NCBI GenBank assembly: GCA_965267575.1 | Contig: OZ254086.1 | Coordinates: forward strand, 3,872,001 to 3,936,000 | From: Calditrichales bacterium | GTDB lineage: Bacteria; Calditrichota; Calditrichia; Calditrichales; J004 | Length of the DNA: 64,000 bases | Direction: 5' to 3' | Shown here: one piece after another, positions 40,987 to 51,172 of the stretch | How positions within the stretch are numbered: the stretch's first letter is position 1 | How the letters are laid out: each line of letters begins with the position of its first letter | The notes under the pieces: model-generated | The model's input: the letters and a program-made list of their open reading frames with translations, nothing else | Databases searched by the model: none | Told to the model about the DNA's origin: nothing | Made by a program: the position numbers and the translations under genes

Positions 40987-41900
40987 TTGCCGGTTGAGCC
41001 GGTATTGTCGTCTTTTTGGTAGGTCCAGCGCTTTTTATCACGGAAATCTTCGCCCCAGCGCAATTTACGGCTGATGGTGCGGAAAAAATTTTGCGATTTC
41101 ATTTTAACGAATGAAACCGTTCGTTTGCTCTTACGAATAACGAGCCTCGTTCCGCTGGGATAGGCACCGCGCAACATCCCGTCTCTCATAATGTTAAAAG
41201 ACTCATGCTCCGTAAAAACACGTATCTTAATGTCATAATTATCGGGGATAACCACCGGCCTGTTTGTAAGCGAGTGCGGACAAATGGGATTGATAACGAT
41301 CGCGCTTGTATGGGGCACTACGATCGGACCGCCTGCCGAAAGCGAGTAGCCCGTAGAACCTGAGGGCGTAGAAACAACCAGTCCATCTGCGATATAGGAG
41401 TTCAGGTGTTTCCCGTCTACCTTCGTATCGATCTGAATGACACGGGAAAAGCCGGCTTTATCAATGATCACATCATTAAATGCGCTAAAGCTCTCCAGCC
41501 CGTTTATCTTGCATCTGAGCATGGAACGGGTATCCACCTCGTAATTATCCGCCAAAAATTCTGAGATATGCTCCATCATGCGATCCGGCGGTGTGTTGGC
41601 CAAAAATCCAAGCCCGCCCAGGTTTACGCCGAGGATTTTGGTTTCTGATGAATCCATCCTTGCCACGGTGCGCAAAATGGTGCCGTCACCGCCAAGCGTT
41701 ATCAGCAAGGAGCAATTGGCATAAAGCCAGTCTTCTTCTTTTTGTTCAATGTGTTGGAGCTTTTTAGGAAGGTATTTAGAATCATAGCCGCATAAATAGA
41801 AACCCGCCTGAGCGCGACTTTCACCAATCCAGCTGTCCAGATTGTGCAGCTGTTTTTTTATTTCCGGTTTCCTGGGATTAACGATAATCCCGATATTCAA
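40983..41900 (-). CDS. nadK: NAD kinase
   Basis: LGGDGT, GVNLGGLGFL, ND, ADG and STPSGSTGYSLSAGGP motifs; TTG start. Confidence 0.95.
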   Translation of the reverse strand: MNIGIIVNPRKPEIKKQLHNLDSWIGESRAQAGFYLCGYDSKYLPKKLQHIEQKEEDWLYANCSLLITLGGDGTILRTVARMDSSETKILGVNLGGLGFLANTPPDRMMEHISEFLADNYEVDTRSMLRCKINGLESFSAFNDVIIDKAGFSRVIQIDTKVDGKHLNSYIADGLVVSTPSGSTGYSLSAGGPIVVPHTSAIVINPICPHSLTNRPVVIPDNYDIKIRVFTEHESFNIMRDGMLRGAYPSGTRLVIRKSKRTVSFVKMKSQNFFRTISRKLRWGEDFRDKKRWTYQKDDNTGSTGN

Positions 41901-41920
41901 ATCACTGATAGCCGTATCTC

Positions 41921-42142
41921 CTATTCAAAGGGCTCCAGAGTAAAATCACCGTTGGCATCTTTTTTTAAAGCATTAACAGTAGCCTCGGCCTTTTCCAGTT
42001 TCGCGAGACAGGTTTTTACCAGCTGATGCCCTTCTTCGTAAATCTTAATGCTCTCTTCGAGGCTAATTTCGCCCTTTTCCAGTTTTGATACAATCTCTTC
42101 CAGACGCTTAAGGGCTTGTTCAAATGATAATTCTTTTGCCAT
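41921..42142 (-). CDS. xseB: Exodeoxyribonuclease VII small subunit
   Basis: SFEQALKRLEEIVSKLE...SLEESIKIYEEG. Confidence 0.95.
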   Translation of the reverse strand: MAKELSFEQALKRLEEIVSKLEKGEISLEESIKIYEEGHQLVKTCLAKLEKAEATVNALKKDANGDFTLEPFE

Positions 42143-42149
42143 AGTTCAG

Positions 42150-43331
42150 TTATTCCACACGACTCTTAAATTTACCAAGATGTAATTGCGTTTCAAGCAG
42201 ATCGCCCTTTTTTATTTCTTTGCTGTTTCTGACGATGCGGCCCTCTAATGATGTAATGCTGTATCCGCGCTTGAGAACGTTTTGCGGTCCGAGGCCATGC
42301 AGGCGCTTTTCCAGGTGGCTCAGCCTTTCATCCATGGCTGATAAAGAGCTACCGACCGCACCCTGCATACGCCGGTTCAAATCATCTACCTTTTGCATAT
42401 TCTGGTAAAGCTGGTCATCCACCCGGCGCAGACCGTAGCTGTTGGCTAAAGCAAAAACCCTCTCCTGCAGGTTTCGCAGGTTTTGTTCACTTATCCGAAC
42501 AAGTTGCCGGCGCGTATTTTTTATTGCCAGTATCAGGTCGTTTTTGTCGGGCGCTACAATTTCCGCTGCCGCTGAGGGCGTTGCTGCCCGCGCGTCGGCA
42601 ACAAAATCACTGATTGTAAAGTCAATCTCATGCCCTACCGCGGAAACGACTGGGATTTCGCAGCGATATATACGTCTGGCCAGTTGCTCGTCATTAAAAG
42701 CCCACAGATCTTCCAGCGAACCGCCGCCTCTGCCAATAATTATCACGTCAACGTTACCAAACTCCTCAAGCTCATCCAAAGCCGCAATCAGGTCTTGCGC
42801 TGCCTGCACGCCCTGCACAGCCGCCGGACGCAGGACGATTTCTGCATAAGAAGCGCGGCGCTTTAGAACGTTGAGTATATCGCGGATAGCCGCGCCGGTC
42901 GGCGATGTAATGATGCCAATGCGCAACGGGAATGATGGCAGGCTTTGTTTATGCATTTCGTCAAACAGGCCTTCTGAAAAAAGCTTTTGCTTAAGCTGTT
43001 CAAAGGCCATTTGCAGACGCCCTTCACCGGCCGGCTGCATCTGCAATATATCAAGTTGATAGCGCCCTGCCGGCTCATAAAGCCGAATGTTTCCCAGGGC
43101 CTGCACTTTCATGCCGTCTTCCGGCACAAAAGCCAGACGCTCCGCCCGGGAACGCCACATCACACCAGATAGCTGAGCCTGGCTGTCCTTTAAAGTAAAG
43201 TAATAATGTCCGCTGTAATGCGGGCGGAAATTTGATATTTCGCCTTCTACCCAAATTGTCGGTAATGATGACTCCAGTAGTTGTTTGATAATCGAGGTAA
43301 TCTCGACGACTGAATAGATCTTCTTTTGCAT
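42150..43331 (-). CDS. xseA: Exodeoxyribonuclease VII large subunit
   Basis: GEISNF, SGHYYFTLKD, RGGGSLEDLWAFNDE, GHEIDFT, TPSAAAE and LKRGYS motifs. Confidence 0.97.
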   Translation of the reverse strand: MQKKIYSVVEITSIIKQLLESSLPTIWVEGEISNFRPHYSGHYYFTLKDSQAQLSGVMWRSRAERLAFVPEDGMKVQALGNIRLYEPAGRYQLDILQMQPAGEGRLQMAFEQLKQKLFSEGLFDEMHKQSLPSFPLRIGIITSPTGAAIRDILNVLKRRASYAEIVLRPAAVQGVQAAQDLIAALDELEEFGNVDVIIIGRGGGSLEDLWAFNDEQLARRIYRCEIPVVSAVGHEIDFTISDFVADARAATPSAAAEIVAPDKNDLILAIKNTRRQLVRISEQNLRNLQERVFALANSYGLRRVDDQLYQNMQKVDDLNRRMQGAVGSSLSAMDERLSHLEKRLHGLGPQNVLKRGYSITSLEGRIVRNSKEIKKGDLLETQLHLGKFKSRVE

Positions 43332-43342
43332 GTCCCTAAAAT

Positions 43343-43372
43343 AAAAAAAGGTTCATAAATATGAACCTTTTT
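43343..43372 (-). terminator. Rho-independent terminator after the bS22-like gene
   Basis: AAAAAGGTTCAT-loop-ATGAACCTTTTT perfect inverted repeat with a U-tract. Confidence 0.75.
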
Positions 43373-43466
43373 AACGATTTTTCTTCTTATGTCTGTTTTT
43401 TCTGAGGCGTTTCTTCCTCTTGTGCGTCGCCATCTTGGCGCGCTTTCTTTTTTTACCGCTCGGCAT
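43371..43466 (-). CDS. Small basic ribosomal protein bS22 (mS38/AURKAIP1-COX24-like), 31 aa
   Basis: Manual translation MPSGKKRKRAKMATHKRKKRLRKNRHKKKNR; GGAG SD; followed by a terminator; matches the Bacteroidota bS22 pattern MPSGKKRKRxKxATHKRKKR. Confidence 0.9.
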   Translation of the reverse strand: MPSGKKRKRAKMATHKRKKRLRKNRHKKKNR

Positions 43467-43483
43467 AAATCAGCTCTCCAGGT

Positions 43484-44206
43484 TTAGGATTGGTTCATCT
43501 GTGTTTTTAATTGTTCTATAAACTCTTTGGCGGCCTGGGCTTCGCGCGACGTGGGATCTACATCCACAAGACGCTGCCAGGTTTCCACGGCCTTTTTATA
43601 CTCACCCATGTTGTAAAAGACGATTCCCGTATTATAAAGTCCCTGCTTGTGATCCGGATCGATTGTTAACGCTTTTTGCATATAGACCAGTGCGCTGTCG
43701 GCAGCGTTCATATTAAAAAATGCCACGCCCATATCAATGATCATCTCGGGTTCCGTGCTCTTGACATCGTAGGCTCTTTTGTAGAATTCAACAGCTTGCG
43801 GGTAACGTCCGATATCAAAATAGCTGTTGGCCATTTGCACCAGCAAGTCGTAATTATCAGGATCAGCTTCGATCTGTTCTTTCAAAGCCTGAACGCTCTC
43901 CATCATTGCCTGCGCCTGAGGCCCAGCTGCCGCGCCCGGTGCCTGCGAAGCAGCGACACCCTGAGATGCCAGCTTTTCGCTCAAAATATTTCGGTTATCG
44001 TTAAGCACAAGCAGTATAACAGTCAAAGCCAACGCAAAGGCTACAGCCAATATTGAATATGAACTGAAGCTTTGGGATGATTCGCTTTTTTGAGCAGCAG
44101 GCTGTTCAGATTTTTCTGTTTCAACTATTTTGGTACCGCAGTGCGGGCAAAATTTTGCGTCTTCAGGAACCGGTTTCCGGCAGGATTTACAAATATTTTT
44201 ATTCAT
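43484..44206 (-). CDS. Zinc-ribbon + single TM + TPR protein
   Basis: CKSC-x10-CPHC, hydrophobic helix, three to four TPRs. Confidence 0.85.
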   Translation of the reverse strand: MNKNICKSCRKPVPEDAKFCPHCGTKIVETEKSEQPAAQKSESSQSFSSYSILAVAFALALTVILLVLNDNRNILSEKLASQGVAASQAPGAAAGPQAQAMMESVQALKEQIEADPDNYDLLVQMANSYFDIGRYPQAVEFYKRAYDVKSTEPEMIIDMGVAFFNMNAADSALVYMQKALTIDPDHKQGLYNTGIVFYNMGEYKKAVETWQRLVDVDPTSREAQAAKEFIEQLKTQMNQS

Positions 44207-44233
44207 ATCTTTTTTATTGATTACAGATCGAGA

Positions 44234-44262
44234 ATTTTAACATATTTCACGGTAAAAGTCAA
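44234..44262 (-). promoter_or_regulatory. Strong putative sigma70 promoter (zinc-ribbon TPR gene + bS22)
   Basis: Minus strand TTGACT-17 nt-TAAAAT with an extended TG. Confidence 0.7.
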
Positions 44263-44275
44263 ACTATGACAGCGA

Positions 44276-46120
44276 TCAATTAGACTGAATAATCAGCTTA
44301 TCGCCCGGTTTAATTACCGACGATCGCATATTGTTAAGCTGCTTAATCTTTGAGATGGAAATATTGTAGCGTCGCGAGATATCCCATAAGGTATCGCCCG
44401 GCCTTACCGTATGGTATGTTCCTTCGGCAAGAGTCTTTTTCTCGTCAGAGCCGGCGGATGAATTCGAGGCAAAACTTCTGCCTTTTGGGACGTAAATGGT
44501 CAGGTTTTGATCGGGATAAATGTAAGAGCCATAGCGCAGGCCGTTCCAGGCACGGATACGTGAAGCGCGGGTATTAAAAAGTTCCGCTATCCCGCCGAGG
44601 GTATCGCCCTTTTTAACGCGATAAGAGACCTTTTCATATTCAGCGCTGTTTTCACTTTTCTTTTTAGGCCGGCTGGAATATGAGGATCCGCCGCTGCTGA
44701 CATAGCTGTTATAATGGGCCTTATTTTGCGGCACCGGTATCAGCAGGTGATGTCCCGCCCGGATCAGGTTTCCGCGCATGTTGTTCGTGGATTTTATCAC
44801 GGATATGCTCGTATGGTATTTTTGCGCGATCGTGGAAAGGGTTTCGCCATAGCGTATCTTGTGCCGCACCCATGATCTTTTCTCAGAATCCGGTAGTGAA
44901 GCATAGACACTTTTAAAACGCTCCTTCGTTCCCGAAGGAAGGTAGAGCGTAAAGTCCTGTACCCCGGGAGGCGTTACCCAGCGCAGCACGGCGGGGTTTA
45001 TCTCCTTGATAAAATTGTAGGTGGTATCCACGGCTTTAGCTACTACGTTTAGGTCAATAGATTCCGAAACGATTACCGTATCCAGCTCCAGGGGCGGTTG
45101 CTTGTCCACATAAAAACCAAATTTCTTGGGGTCTCGAGCAATAATCGTAGCGGCAAGATAAGTTGGAACGTAGTTACGTGTCTGCCTGGGTAAACGGCTC
45201 AACTTCCAGAAATCACGCGTATTGTAGCTGCGCATATTTCGTGCAACGCGGTTTGGATTGCAGTTATAACCGGCCAAAGCCAGGTACCAGTCACCGAAAC
45301 GATCGTGCAGGTCGTTTAAATGTCGTGCTGCTGCCACAGTAGCCTTTACGGGGTCACGCCGTTCGTCAAACCACCAATTACTGCGTAAGCCGTAGTGGCG
45401 ACCGGTGGCGTAAATAAACTGCCACATACCAACCGCTTTGGCGTAAGAGCGCGCCGAAGGATTATAGCCACTCTCGATGATCGGTAAGTAAGCCAGGTCC
45501 AGCGGTACCTCATGTTCTTCCAGGATCGCGCGGATCATGTTTTCGTAGCGGCCGCTGCGTTCCAGCACTTTACTAAAATAGGAACGCCCTTTGGTTTGAA
45601 AATATTGAATGGCCAGGCGCACTTTTTTGTTGAGCGTAATGGGCATAGCCCCACTGCTGTCAACAACCGTCATGTCGCCAAACAGCACGCTGTCCGGAAA
45701 GGTGCTTTCTTCCAGATCACTGATGTCTTCGCGCACTTCTTCGGCTTCAACCAGTTCCTGCTGGTTCTTGAATATACGCTCATAGTCGTCGTTCATCGTT
45801 GTCAATGCGGAATCATAACGCGACCAACCCGTAAGCGTCTGCCGCTCGGAATCGTTAAAACGAGTCATGAGATCAAAAGCAAATTCGTAAGAGAGTTCGG
45901 CTCCCAATGTATCGCCGTTAATCAGCTGGTTATGCGCCTTTTCGGTAAGCATGAAAAGCGAGTCCACCCGCGATTGCGCAACTGCGGAAAGCCAGATATT
46001 TTCAGGCAGTCCATCAAGACGATCCTGCTTAACATTTTCGTTTACGGTTTTTTGAGTTGAGGTGCAGGCAAAAGCAATTAATCCCAGCGCCATCACAATG
46101 AGTTTAGATATACGGGGCAT
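44276..46120 (-). CDS. MltD-like lytic transglycosylase lipoprotein with three LysM domains
   Basis: Lipobox AFAC; IESGY, AVGMWQF, DERRDP, YNC, TRNYVP; three G(D/E)TL LysM repeats. Start trimmed to 46120. Confidence 0.92.
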   Translation of the reverse strand: MPRISKLIVMALGLIAFACTSTQKTVNENVKQDRLDGLPENIWLSAVAQSRVDSLFMLTEKAHNQLINGDTLGAELSYEFAFDLMTRFNDSERQTLTGWSRYDSALTTMNDDYERIFKNQQELVEAEEVREDISDLEESTFPDSVLFGDMTVVDSSGAMPITLNKKVRLAIQYFQTKGRSYFSKVLERSGRYENMIRAILEEHEVPLDLAYLPIIESGYNPSARSYAKAVGMWQFIYATGRHYGLRSNWWFDERRDPVKATVAAARHLNDLHDRFGDWYLALAGYNCNPNRVARNMRSYNTRDFWKLSRLPRQTRNYVPTYLAATIIARDPKKFGFYVDKQPPLELDTVIVSESIDLNVVAKAVDTTYNFIKEINPAVLRWVTPPGVQDFTLYLPSGTKERFKSVYASLPDSEKRSWVRHKIRYGETLSTIAQKYHTSISVIKSTNNMRGNLIRAGHHLLIPVPQNKAHYNSYVSSGGSSYSSRPKKKSENSAEYEKVSYRVKKGDTLGGIAELFNTRASRIRAWNGLRYGSYIYPDQNLTIYVPKGRSFASNSSAGSDEKKTLAEGTYHTVRPGDTLWDISRRYNISISKIKQLNNMRSSVIKPGDKLIIQSN

Positions 46121-46124
46121 AAAG

Positions 46125-46598
46125 TTATAATCCCTTAATTTTTTGTACCAGTCCCGTTGTAGATTTTCCACTGACAAATGGTATCGTGAGCACACGTCCG
46201 CCGTTTTCTTCAACAAAATCGCGGCCAACGATCTGATCCAGGTTGTAGTCGCCGCCCTTGATCAATATGTCCGGTCTGACCTTTTTTATCAGTTCCAAAG
46301 GCGTGTCCTCTTCGAAAAGGCAGACCACATCCACTGCCTCCAGCCGAGACAAAACATAGGCCCGGTCATCCTCAGCCGTGTAAGGCCTGTCTGAGCCCTT
46401 GAGTCTTCGCACGGAGGCGTCGGAGTTGAGCCCGATAACAAGGCAATCGCACATCGCCCTGGCTTGCTCCAGATACTCAACGTGTCCGCGATGTAAAATG
46501 TCAAAACAGCCATTTGTAAATCCAACTACTGTCGATTTATCATCTCTAATATCGGAAACAATGGCCTCTATCTTATCAATGGTCGTTATAATGTTCAT
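46125..46598 (-). CDS. rfaE2: D-glycero-beta-D-manno-heptose 1-phosphate adenylyltransferase (RfaE domain II)
   Basis: [25 protein letters not shown] and STT motifs. Confidence 0.95.
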   Translation of the reverse strand: MNIITTIDKIEAIVSDIRDDKSTVVGFTNGCFDILHRGHVEYLEQARAMCDCLVIGLNSDASVRRLKGSDRPYTAEDDRAYVLSRLEAVDVVCLFEEDTPLELIKKVRPDILIKGGDYNLDQIVGRDFVEENGGRVLTIPFVSGKSTTGLVQKIKGL

Positions 46599-47590
46599 TT
46601 TTCATCGTACCGCGTTCCGGCATCCAGCAATCCCTGACGTGTAATCGGTATTATCCCCACTTCTTCAACCACAACGCCCGCAGCGATATTGGCCAGAATG
46701 CTGGCTTCGCGCATCGTCGCACCACCACAGAAAGCGGCTGTCAGCGTCCCGATAACCGTATCTCCAGCGCCGGAAACATCGGCTACCTTCCTGGCTTTTG
46801 TAGGTATATGAGTTACGTCGCCGTTTTTCTCAAAAAGGCTCATCCCGCGTGAACCCCTGGTAAGCAATATGTTTTCTGCGTGCAGGGTTTTACGCAGGGC
46901 TTCACCAGCGTCGCGCACGTGTTCTTCATTATCGAAAGAACGTGCCAGGGCCTGCTGTGCTTCCTTTACGTTGGGCTTAAACAGCGTAACGCCCTTGTAT
47001 AACATAAAATTGGTAAACTTCGGATCGACAAAAACGGGTATGTCGTTTAGCCGGCATTGCTGAGTCGTGTACTCGATAACGCCCGGCGTGAGCACCCCTT
47101 TGTTGTAATCCTCAATAATAACAGCTTCTGCGCTGCGGAGCAATAGGTCAATCCTGGCTTTCAAAGCCTTTCTTTCGGATTCATCGGCGTAAGCCGTAAT
47201 CTCCTTATCCACACGGGCAATATGCTGGTTATCACCGATTATCCTCGTCTTGATCGTTGTAGGACGTGTTTGCGAACGTACCAGCCCATCGCCTTCAATA
47301 TGCGATTCTTCAAGCAGCTCCAGCAGCTTTATGGCCATGGCATCTTCACCGCAAAGTCCGATAAGCCGCGGACTGCAACCCAGCGCTGCCAGGTTTAAAG
47401 CAACGTTAGCGGCGCCGCCTAACCGTATAAATTCATGATCGATCTCCACAATGGGTACGGGAGCTTCCGGCGAAATACGTGTAACTTTACCGGAAAGGTA
47501 CTCATCGAGCATCAGGTCGCCTATAATTACGATGTTTTTACCCTGAAAACCTTCAACTATTTCCGCTGTACGTTTTTGGTCCAATTGCAT
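46595..47590 (-). CDS. rfaE1: D-glycero-beta-D-manno-heptose-7-phosphate kinase (RfaE domain I)
   Basis: [29 protein letters not shown] and DVSGAGDT motifs. Confidence 0.95.
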   Translation of the reverse strand: MQLDQKRTAEIVEGFQGKNIVIIGDLMLDEYLSGKVTRISPEAPVPIVEIDHEFIRLGGAANVALNLAALGCSPRLIGLCGEDAMAIKLLELLEESHIEGDGLVRSQTRPTTIKTRIIGDNQHIARVDKEITAYADESERKALKARIDLLLRSAEAVIIEDYNKGVLTPGVIEYTTQQCRLNDIPVFVDPKFTNFMLYKGVTLFKPNVKEAQQALARSFDNEEHVRDAGEALRKTLHAENILLTRGSRGMSLFEKNGDVTHIPTKARKVADVSGAGDTVIGTLTAAFCGGATMREASILANIAAGVVVEEVGIIPITRQGLLDAGTRYDEK

Positions 47591-49146
47591 TACGGCTTAC
47601 TCTCCGCGGGAATCTGCAGTTTAAACGTTGTTCCATGGGAAGGACGGGAATCTACTTCCACGTTGATATTATATTTAGTAAAGATGTTTTTTGCCAGGTA
47701 CAGCCCCAGCCCATAGGTTACATCCTGCAGCTGGTCATCATCTGTTCGCTGTTTTGTGGAAAAGAAGGGATTAAATATCTTGGTGATCGTCTCCTGATCC
47801 ATACCCGGGCCCGTATCGCTTATTTTAATAACCGTCGACTTATCTTTCTGACGCCTGGTGCGAATCTTCAGCTCTCGCCTGGGAACCAGCTGCATCGCTT
47901 CCACGGCGTTTTGCACAATTGCCATTATGCCCTGGCTCAGATCGCTGTAGCGCCCGGTGATGCCTGCTATGCTGCCGTCCAGATCGAGCTCGGTTTTGAC
48001 ATTGTGTTTATAAAAAAGATTGGCTTTAAAAAACCTCATTTCATGGCGTATAAGGCTGTTAATATCTATCTCTTCCGTTTCGGGATTAAGTTCCTTCTTG
48101 CCTTTGCGAATAAGGATTTGAATAAGCTCATTGATGCGCCGCACCTGGCGCAGGATCATTTCCACTTCGGTCTCGCCCTCATTTTTAAGCTGCAGCAGTT
48201 CCGCATTACCCTGAATAATGGAGATAGGAGTATTCATATTGTGCGCGATCCCCGCGGCAAGCTGACCGATGGCTGCCATACGGTGCTCTTTTATCAGCTC
48301 CAGTTCGTAAATCTTTTGCTGTTGGCGGGCCGTCAAACGGTCGGTGATATCGAGACACATGAGCAGGATGGCCGGCCGTTCTTCGTATTCCGTGGCAGTA
48401 ATCCACACATCAATGTAAACTGGTTTCTGATTGCATTTTACAGCCCAAACCTGGAAATGGCTTTTATCACGCCGGCGCTTCAGGCACGCCTCGCACAGAA
48501 CGCGCACCATTCTTTGCTTATGCCGGGCTATATGTTCAATGAAATCGAAACCGGAAGAGCCTTTATGGCCGCACTCGAAAATCGTGGCAAAAGCAGGATT
48601 GAAATAAAGTGTCTTTTCATCACGAATAATGGCAATGCCAATGACAGCCTGTTCGGCCAGCTTACGGTACTTTTCTTCAGATGAGCGCAACTGCCGGACT
48701 TTTTCATCCACTTCTTTTTCCAGCCGCGCCTGATAGGCGGAACGCTCTGCTTCCAGTTCTTTTTTCTTTTCGTCCAGTCTGTATGAGGTGGCAGCGTTAC
48801 GCAAACACTGAATCAGCTGTTTGATCTTAAAAGGCTTCTCAATAAAATCAAAGACGCGCAGACGCAAGGCTTCCCTGGCGTACTCAAATCGGGCATTACC
48901 GCTTATAACAACCACCGGCAGCGTATTGCCGGCGTTCTGAATCTTTTCAACAAACTGTAAGCCGTTTTGCTGATCGTCCAGAACAATATCTACCATTATC
49001 GTATCAAAGCGCTCCTTGCCCAAAGCGTCAAGGGCCTCGGAAGGATCGGCACAGGCCGTGATGTCTATATCGTGTTGCTTAAGCAGATTTTCCAGGGATT
49101 CACGAATATGAGCATCGTCATCCAATAAAAGAACACGCGGATTCAT
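47590..49146 (-). CDS. Hybrid signalling protein: REC - PAS - HisKA - HATPase
   Basis: LLDDD...VDI...KPF receiver; PAS ending in DITD; AHNMNTP; NAVEAM; DTGPGM; PFFSTK; GLGL. Confidence 0.9.
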   Translation of the reverse strand: MNPRVLLLDDDAHIRESLENLLKQHDIDITACADPSEALDALGKERFDTIMVDIVLDDQQNGLQFVEKIQNAGNTLPVVVISGNARFEYAREALRLRVFDFIEKPFKIKQLIQCLRNAATSYRLDEKKKELEAERSAYQARLEKEVDEKVRQLRSSEEKYRKLAEQAVIGIAIIRDEKTLYFNPAFATIFECGHKGSSGFDFIEHIARHKQRMVRVLCEACLKRRRDKSHFQVWAVKCNQKPVYIDVWITATEYEERPAILLMCLDITDRLTARQQQKIYELELIKEHRMAAIGQLAAGIAHNMNTPISIIQGNAELLQLKNEGETEVEMILRQVRRINELIQILIRKGKKELNPETEEIDINSLIRHEMRFFKANLFYKHNVKTELDLDGSIAGITGRYSDLSQGIMAIVQNAVEAMQLVPRRELKIRTRRQKDKSTVIKISDTGPGMDQETITKIFNPFFSTKQRTDDDQLQDVTYGLGLYLAKNIFTKYNINVEVDSRPSHGTTFKLQIPAESKP

Positions 49147-49454
49147 ACGGAACGAGACTTCTCCCTGGAGATAAAAAATTCAATAACGTTTTTAAGTGGT
49201 TTGGATGCAAATTCGATAACGGTAAACAGCAGCAGCGTCAATAATCCAAATGAAAAAATAACACGCGTTATCTGGTCCAACAACGGCTTTTCAAATAGCG
49301 GGAGAACTAATATCGTCACCGACGCCACACCGACAATCCAGGTCATTGTACGTAAAATATATTTAAAAATGCTTTCTGTGCGATCGGAAAATTGTTTTTT
49401 TTCTACCGCCCCATTGCTGTGAGCTGCCTGATTCTTTTTTGTTTTCTTTGCCAT
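49143..49454 (-). CDS. Small hypothetical membrane protein (2 TM)
   Basis: Fills the gap between ggt and the kinase, with an ATGA overlap; two hydrophobic segments. Confidence 0.75.
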   Translation of the reverse strand: MAKKTKKNQAAHSNGAVEKKQFSDRTESIFKYILRTMTWIVGVASVTILVLPLFEKPLLDQITRVIFSFGLLTLLLFTVIEFASKPLKNVIEFFISREKSRSV

Positions 49455-49462
49455 ATGATGTC

Positions 49463-51151
49463 CTAAAAACCGGATGCCTTTCCATTTCTGCGGGGATCAC
49501 TCCATCCCTCTATTTTACCTTTTTTGTTTATCACGATTGCCTGCACACAGCCTATGTCGCCGCGCTCACTGGTCTCATGACCTTTTGCGCGCAGGGCGTT
49601 GTGTGTTTCCGGGAGAAAGCGGCGCCTTTCAAAATAAACGGTATCCGGCCGCCATTGATGATGAAATCGTGGTGCCTCAACCGCTTCCCGCACGTTAAAT
49701 CCATGATCGATGATATTGGAAATTACCTGCGCCACAGCGGTGATAATGCGCGAACCGCCGGGAGCACCCAGCACCATATAAAGTTCGCCGTCAAGTTCTA
49801 TTATGGTTGGCGTCATCGCGCTGAGCATACGTTTTTCCGGCGCAATGCTGTTTGCTTCAGTGCCAATGAGCCCGTATTGGTTTGGAACACCGGGCTTGGC
49901 GCTAAAATCATCCATTTCATTATTCAGCAAAATGCCTGTACCGCTGACGACCACTTTACTGCCAAATCCTGAGTTGAGTGTCGTGGTAAGCGAAACGGCA
50001 TTGCCCTGCCCGTCAACAATCGAAAAATGTGTTGTTTCTCCAGCCTTTTCCACCCAGGCCTGGTTAGCGGAGATATCTTTGGAAGAGCGCGCCCGCAAGG
50101 GATTAATCTGTTCGCGGACATACGCCCCATAGGCATCTTCGGTAAGTGCCGCAACGGGCATCTCCACAAAATCGGGATCGCCTAAAAATTCGGCACGATC
50201 GGCATATATCTGGCGGCAGCTTTCAGCCCACAGGTGTATTAGGTCGGCGCTGTTTTGTCCCAGCGCCCCAAGGTTGTAACCCTCAAGTGTATTCAGTATG
50301 CCGGCCAGCGCCACACCACCGGAACTCGGCGGCGGCATGGAGTAAATATCATAGCCACGGTATTGAAAATAGATTGGATCGCGCCAGACTGCATCATATT
50401 CGGCCAGGTCTTTCATCGTAATCAAACCGCCGTTGCGCAGCATGTCCTCTTCTATCAGCCGCGCTGTCTCGCCGTAATAAAAACCGTCGCGGCCCTTATC
50501 AGCTATTCGTTTAAGTGATTCCGCCAGATCCTTTTGAAAAAGTGTATCGCCGGCACTGTATGTACTGTCTCCCTTCAGAAAAACGGCCGCAGAGGCAGGA
50601 AACATTGCCAGTTCGTCCGCGCGTCCGCGCATCATGGCGGCACGGAAATCATTCAGCACATCACCATTGGCCGCCAGTTCGATGGCCGGCAGCAAAAGTT
50701 CTTTCCACGGCAAAGAGCCAAAACGGCGGTGGGCTTCCCAATAGCCGGCAACGCTGCCCGGCACACCGGCCGCTTTGTAGCCTAACAAGCTTGCCTCGCT
50801 AATAACGTTGCCTTCTTCGTCCAGGTACATATCGCGATGTGCTTTTAAGGGCGCTTTTTCTCTAAAGTCAAGTGTGTAGACCTCGCCTTGGGAATCACGC
50901 AGCACCATAAAACCGCCACCACCGATATTGCCCGCATAAGGGTACGTTACGGCAAGGGCAAAACCGACGGCCACCGCGGCATCCACGGCGTTACCACCTT
51001 TTTGCAATACGGCAAGCCCGATATCCGTAGCCTGTTGCTCCGCGGTCACCACCATCGCCCGGCTTGCGGAAACAGGCCGGAAACCGCTTGCCTGGCCAAA
51101 CAGGGACGTCGATGCAACGAGTAATAGAACAACTATCCTTGTAACAATCAT
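49463..51151 (-). CDS. ggt: Gamma-glutamyltransferase
   Basis: GGNAVDAA, GGGGF, DFRE, catalytic ETTHFS, LNNEMDDF and PGGSRI motifs; signal peptide. Confidence 0.96.
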   Translation of the reverse strand: MIVTRIVVLLLVASTSLFGQASGFRPVSASRAMVVTAEQQATDIGLAVLQKGGNAVDAAVAVGFALAVTYPYAGNIGGGGFMVLRDSQGEVYTLDFREKAPLKAHRDMYLDEEGNVISEASLLGYKAAGVPGSVAGYWEAHRRFGSLPWKELLLPAIELAANGDVLNDFRAAMMRGRADELAMFPASAAVFLKGDSTYSAGDTLFQKDLAESLKRIADKGRDGFYYGETARLIEEDMLRNGGLITMKDLAEYDAVWRDPIYFQYRGYDIYSMPPPSSGGVALAGILNTLEGYNLGALGQNSADLIHLWAESCRQIYADRAEFLGDPDFVEMPVAALTEDAYGAYVREQINPLRARSSKDISANQAWVEKAGETTHFSIVDGQGNAVSLTTTLNSGFGSKVVVSGTGILLNNEMDDFSAKPGVPNQYGLIGTEANSIAPEKRMLSAMTPTIIELDGELYMVLGAPGGSRIITAVAQVISNIIDHGFNVREAVEAPRFHHQWRPDTVYFERRRFLPETHNALRAKGHETSERGDIGCVQAIVINKKGKIEGWSDPRRNGKASGF

Positions 51152-51172
51152 ACTATACCTTATCGAGAATCT

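Noticed and set aside
47635..48684. 349-aa plus-strand ORF (also 11238-12101, 61751-62470, 9159-9851, 32898-33554 and similar)
   Set aside because: Each lies antisense to a well-supported gene; typical shadow ORFs arising from codon bias.
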